This document shows, in pieces, positions 63,002 to 64,000 of a stretch of DNA of 64,000 nucleotides (position 1 is its first letter; every line of letters begins with the position of its first letter). The position numbers were made by a program, and so were the translations under genes. This stretch comes from a virus (taxonomy: Duplodnaviria; Caudoviricetes). The DNA is taken from positions 28,488-92,487 of the IMG/VR virus record IMGVR_UViG_3300044723_005784. One strand, 5' to 3'. The notes beneath the pieces are model-generated. The model made no database searches, was not told the origin of the DNA, and worked only from the letters and a program-made list of their open reading frames with translations.

Positions 63002-63416
63002 CTCTTACCTTCTGCTTTCGCCATTCAAAATACTTTTCATTGTGCATCCATTTGCCGTTGACAATGAAACCCCACTCACGTAGTTTAGGACCAGGAACGA
63101 ATAGTGACCAAGCACATACTCCTGGTTCTAGTTCTACACGATGCAGACTCTTAGGACCGCTAAAACGCATGTGTCCTGGTCCACGCCAGAAACATCCTTT
63201 AGGAGTAGTCTCCCAATAACCTCCACGTAAGATTAGCGTGAAGTAGGGCCAGGGATGATCGTGTAGTTCATCCGGATCGCTTTGTAAAAACTTGTGTAAG
63301 AATACGTTAAATGGAAACCATTTACGATCTTTTAGAAACATGTAATACCTAACCAAGTAGGGCTTCTGCCCAATGCGATCTAGGATTACACGTTTCCTAT
63401 CTTTGAACATATTCAT
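62979..63416 (-). CDS. Cupin-like protein
   Basis: LHDHPW..ILRGGYWE...HRV...WGF. Confidence 0.65.
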   Translation of the reverse strand: MNMFKDRKRVILDRIGQKPYLVRYYMFLKDRKWFPFNVFLHKFLQSDPDELHDHPWPYFTLILRGGYWETTPKGCFWRGPGHMRFSGPKSLHRVELEPGVCAWSLFVPGPKLREWGFIVNGKWMHNEKYFEWRKQKVRDEQTISV

Positions 63417-63871
63417 AAACTGTATTCGTAGTTATCAGTTGCAGTATTGTTCTGCAAAGTAACTGCTCCATTGTTTAAGTGAAACCTACGTGCCATATCC
63501 GTTTTTGGACTTAGTGTAATAAGACGTTTGACTTTAGCATTTGCACGACATTCATCTAGCAACCGAAAAACAACGTCTCTGCCAGCACGTGGCGCACGAC
63601 TCCAAACTGTATATGCTACGCAAATAGAACCGTGTTGATCTTCCTGACAAGCAGCCTGACTCATAAGGTCAAGTTCCTTTACAGTAGTTGGTACTTCATT
63701 AGTATAGGCAACGCAAATTGCTGCCTGATACTTACCGTCCGTTTCCAACACATAAACCCGACGACCCGGGCCCAACCTAAAGTCTAGGTCAAGCTCGGGT
63801 CTCACGGGGTCGTGGTTGGTATCAAACTGTAGTGCTTCTACATTTTCATATGTCAGCGTAGTTAGGTTCAA
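63413..63871 (-). CDS. GNAT-like fold hypothetical protein
   Basis: YTVWS...GR, TLSP.T.MA.RFHL.NGA. Confidence 0.55.
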   Translation of the reverse strand: MNLTTLTYENVEALQFDTNHDPVRPELDLDFRLGPGRRVYVLETDGKYQAAICVAYTNEVPTTVKELDLMSQAACQEDQHGSICVAYTVWSRAPRAGRDVVFRLLDECRANAKVKRLITLSPKTDMARRFHLNNGAVTLQNNTATDNYEYSL

Positions 63872-63883
63872 TACCTTTTCTCC

Positions 63884-64000
63884 TTAGAACTTCAAGTTCA
63901 CTTTCATGCCTAGGTTAACTTCATTGTTACCTGAGACACCTGCAACATTGCTACGATGCTCTGCATAGCCAGCAAGTGCAACATTGTTTACATTATATTT
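63884..64000 (-). CDS. 3' end (partial) of a probable outer-membrane beta-barrel protein
   Basis: Reads ...NEVNLGMKVNLKF-stop: amphipathic strand with terminal Phe. Confidence 0.45.
   Translation of the reverse strand, partial: KYNVNNVALAGYAEHRSNVAGVSGNNEVNLGMKVNLKF

Overview
This window is a 64-kb piece of a large, T4-superfamily-like (jumbo) myovirus genome, probably infecting a Gram-negative host (it encodes a lipobox lipoprotein and an OMP-like C-terminus). Positions 1-30.4 kb (+ strand) hold a late baseplate/tail module: tube-like protein, gp53-, hub-, gp5-, gp25- and gp6-like proteins, a 4478-aa giant protein and fibre proteins. These genes carry TAAATA late-promoter-like motifs, and a divergent gp55-like N-terminus sits at the left edge. 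Positions 30.4-47.1 kb hold a compact sugar-tailoring cluster with its own sigma70 promoter: 4 glycosyltransferase-like genes, 5 radical SAM paralogues with an N-terminal Twitch/SPASM-like domain, a 2OG-Fe(II) oxygenase, an SGNH-like protein, a NodU/CmcH carbamoyltransferase with an unannotated 33-aa coupled peptide, dCMP deaminase and a convergent DegT aminotransferase. Positions 47-64 kb (- strand) are early/middle genes: thyX, a VWA-metallopeptidase and MoxR ATPase split by a ParB/DGQH-like + HNH cassette, RNase H, histidine phosphatase, queE/queD preceded by a candidate preQ1-like switch leader, PRTase, a cupin and others. All calls come from motif recognition by eye; no database searches were run. 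No tRNA, rRNA, CRISPR array or IS element was recognised.
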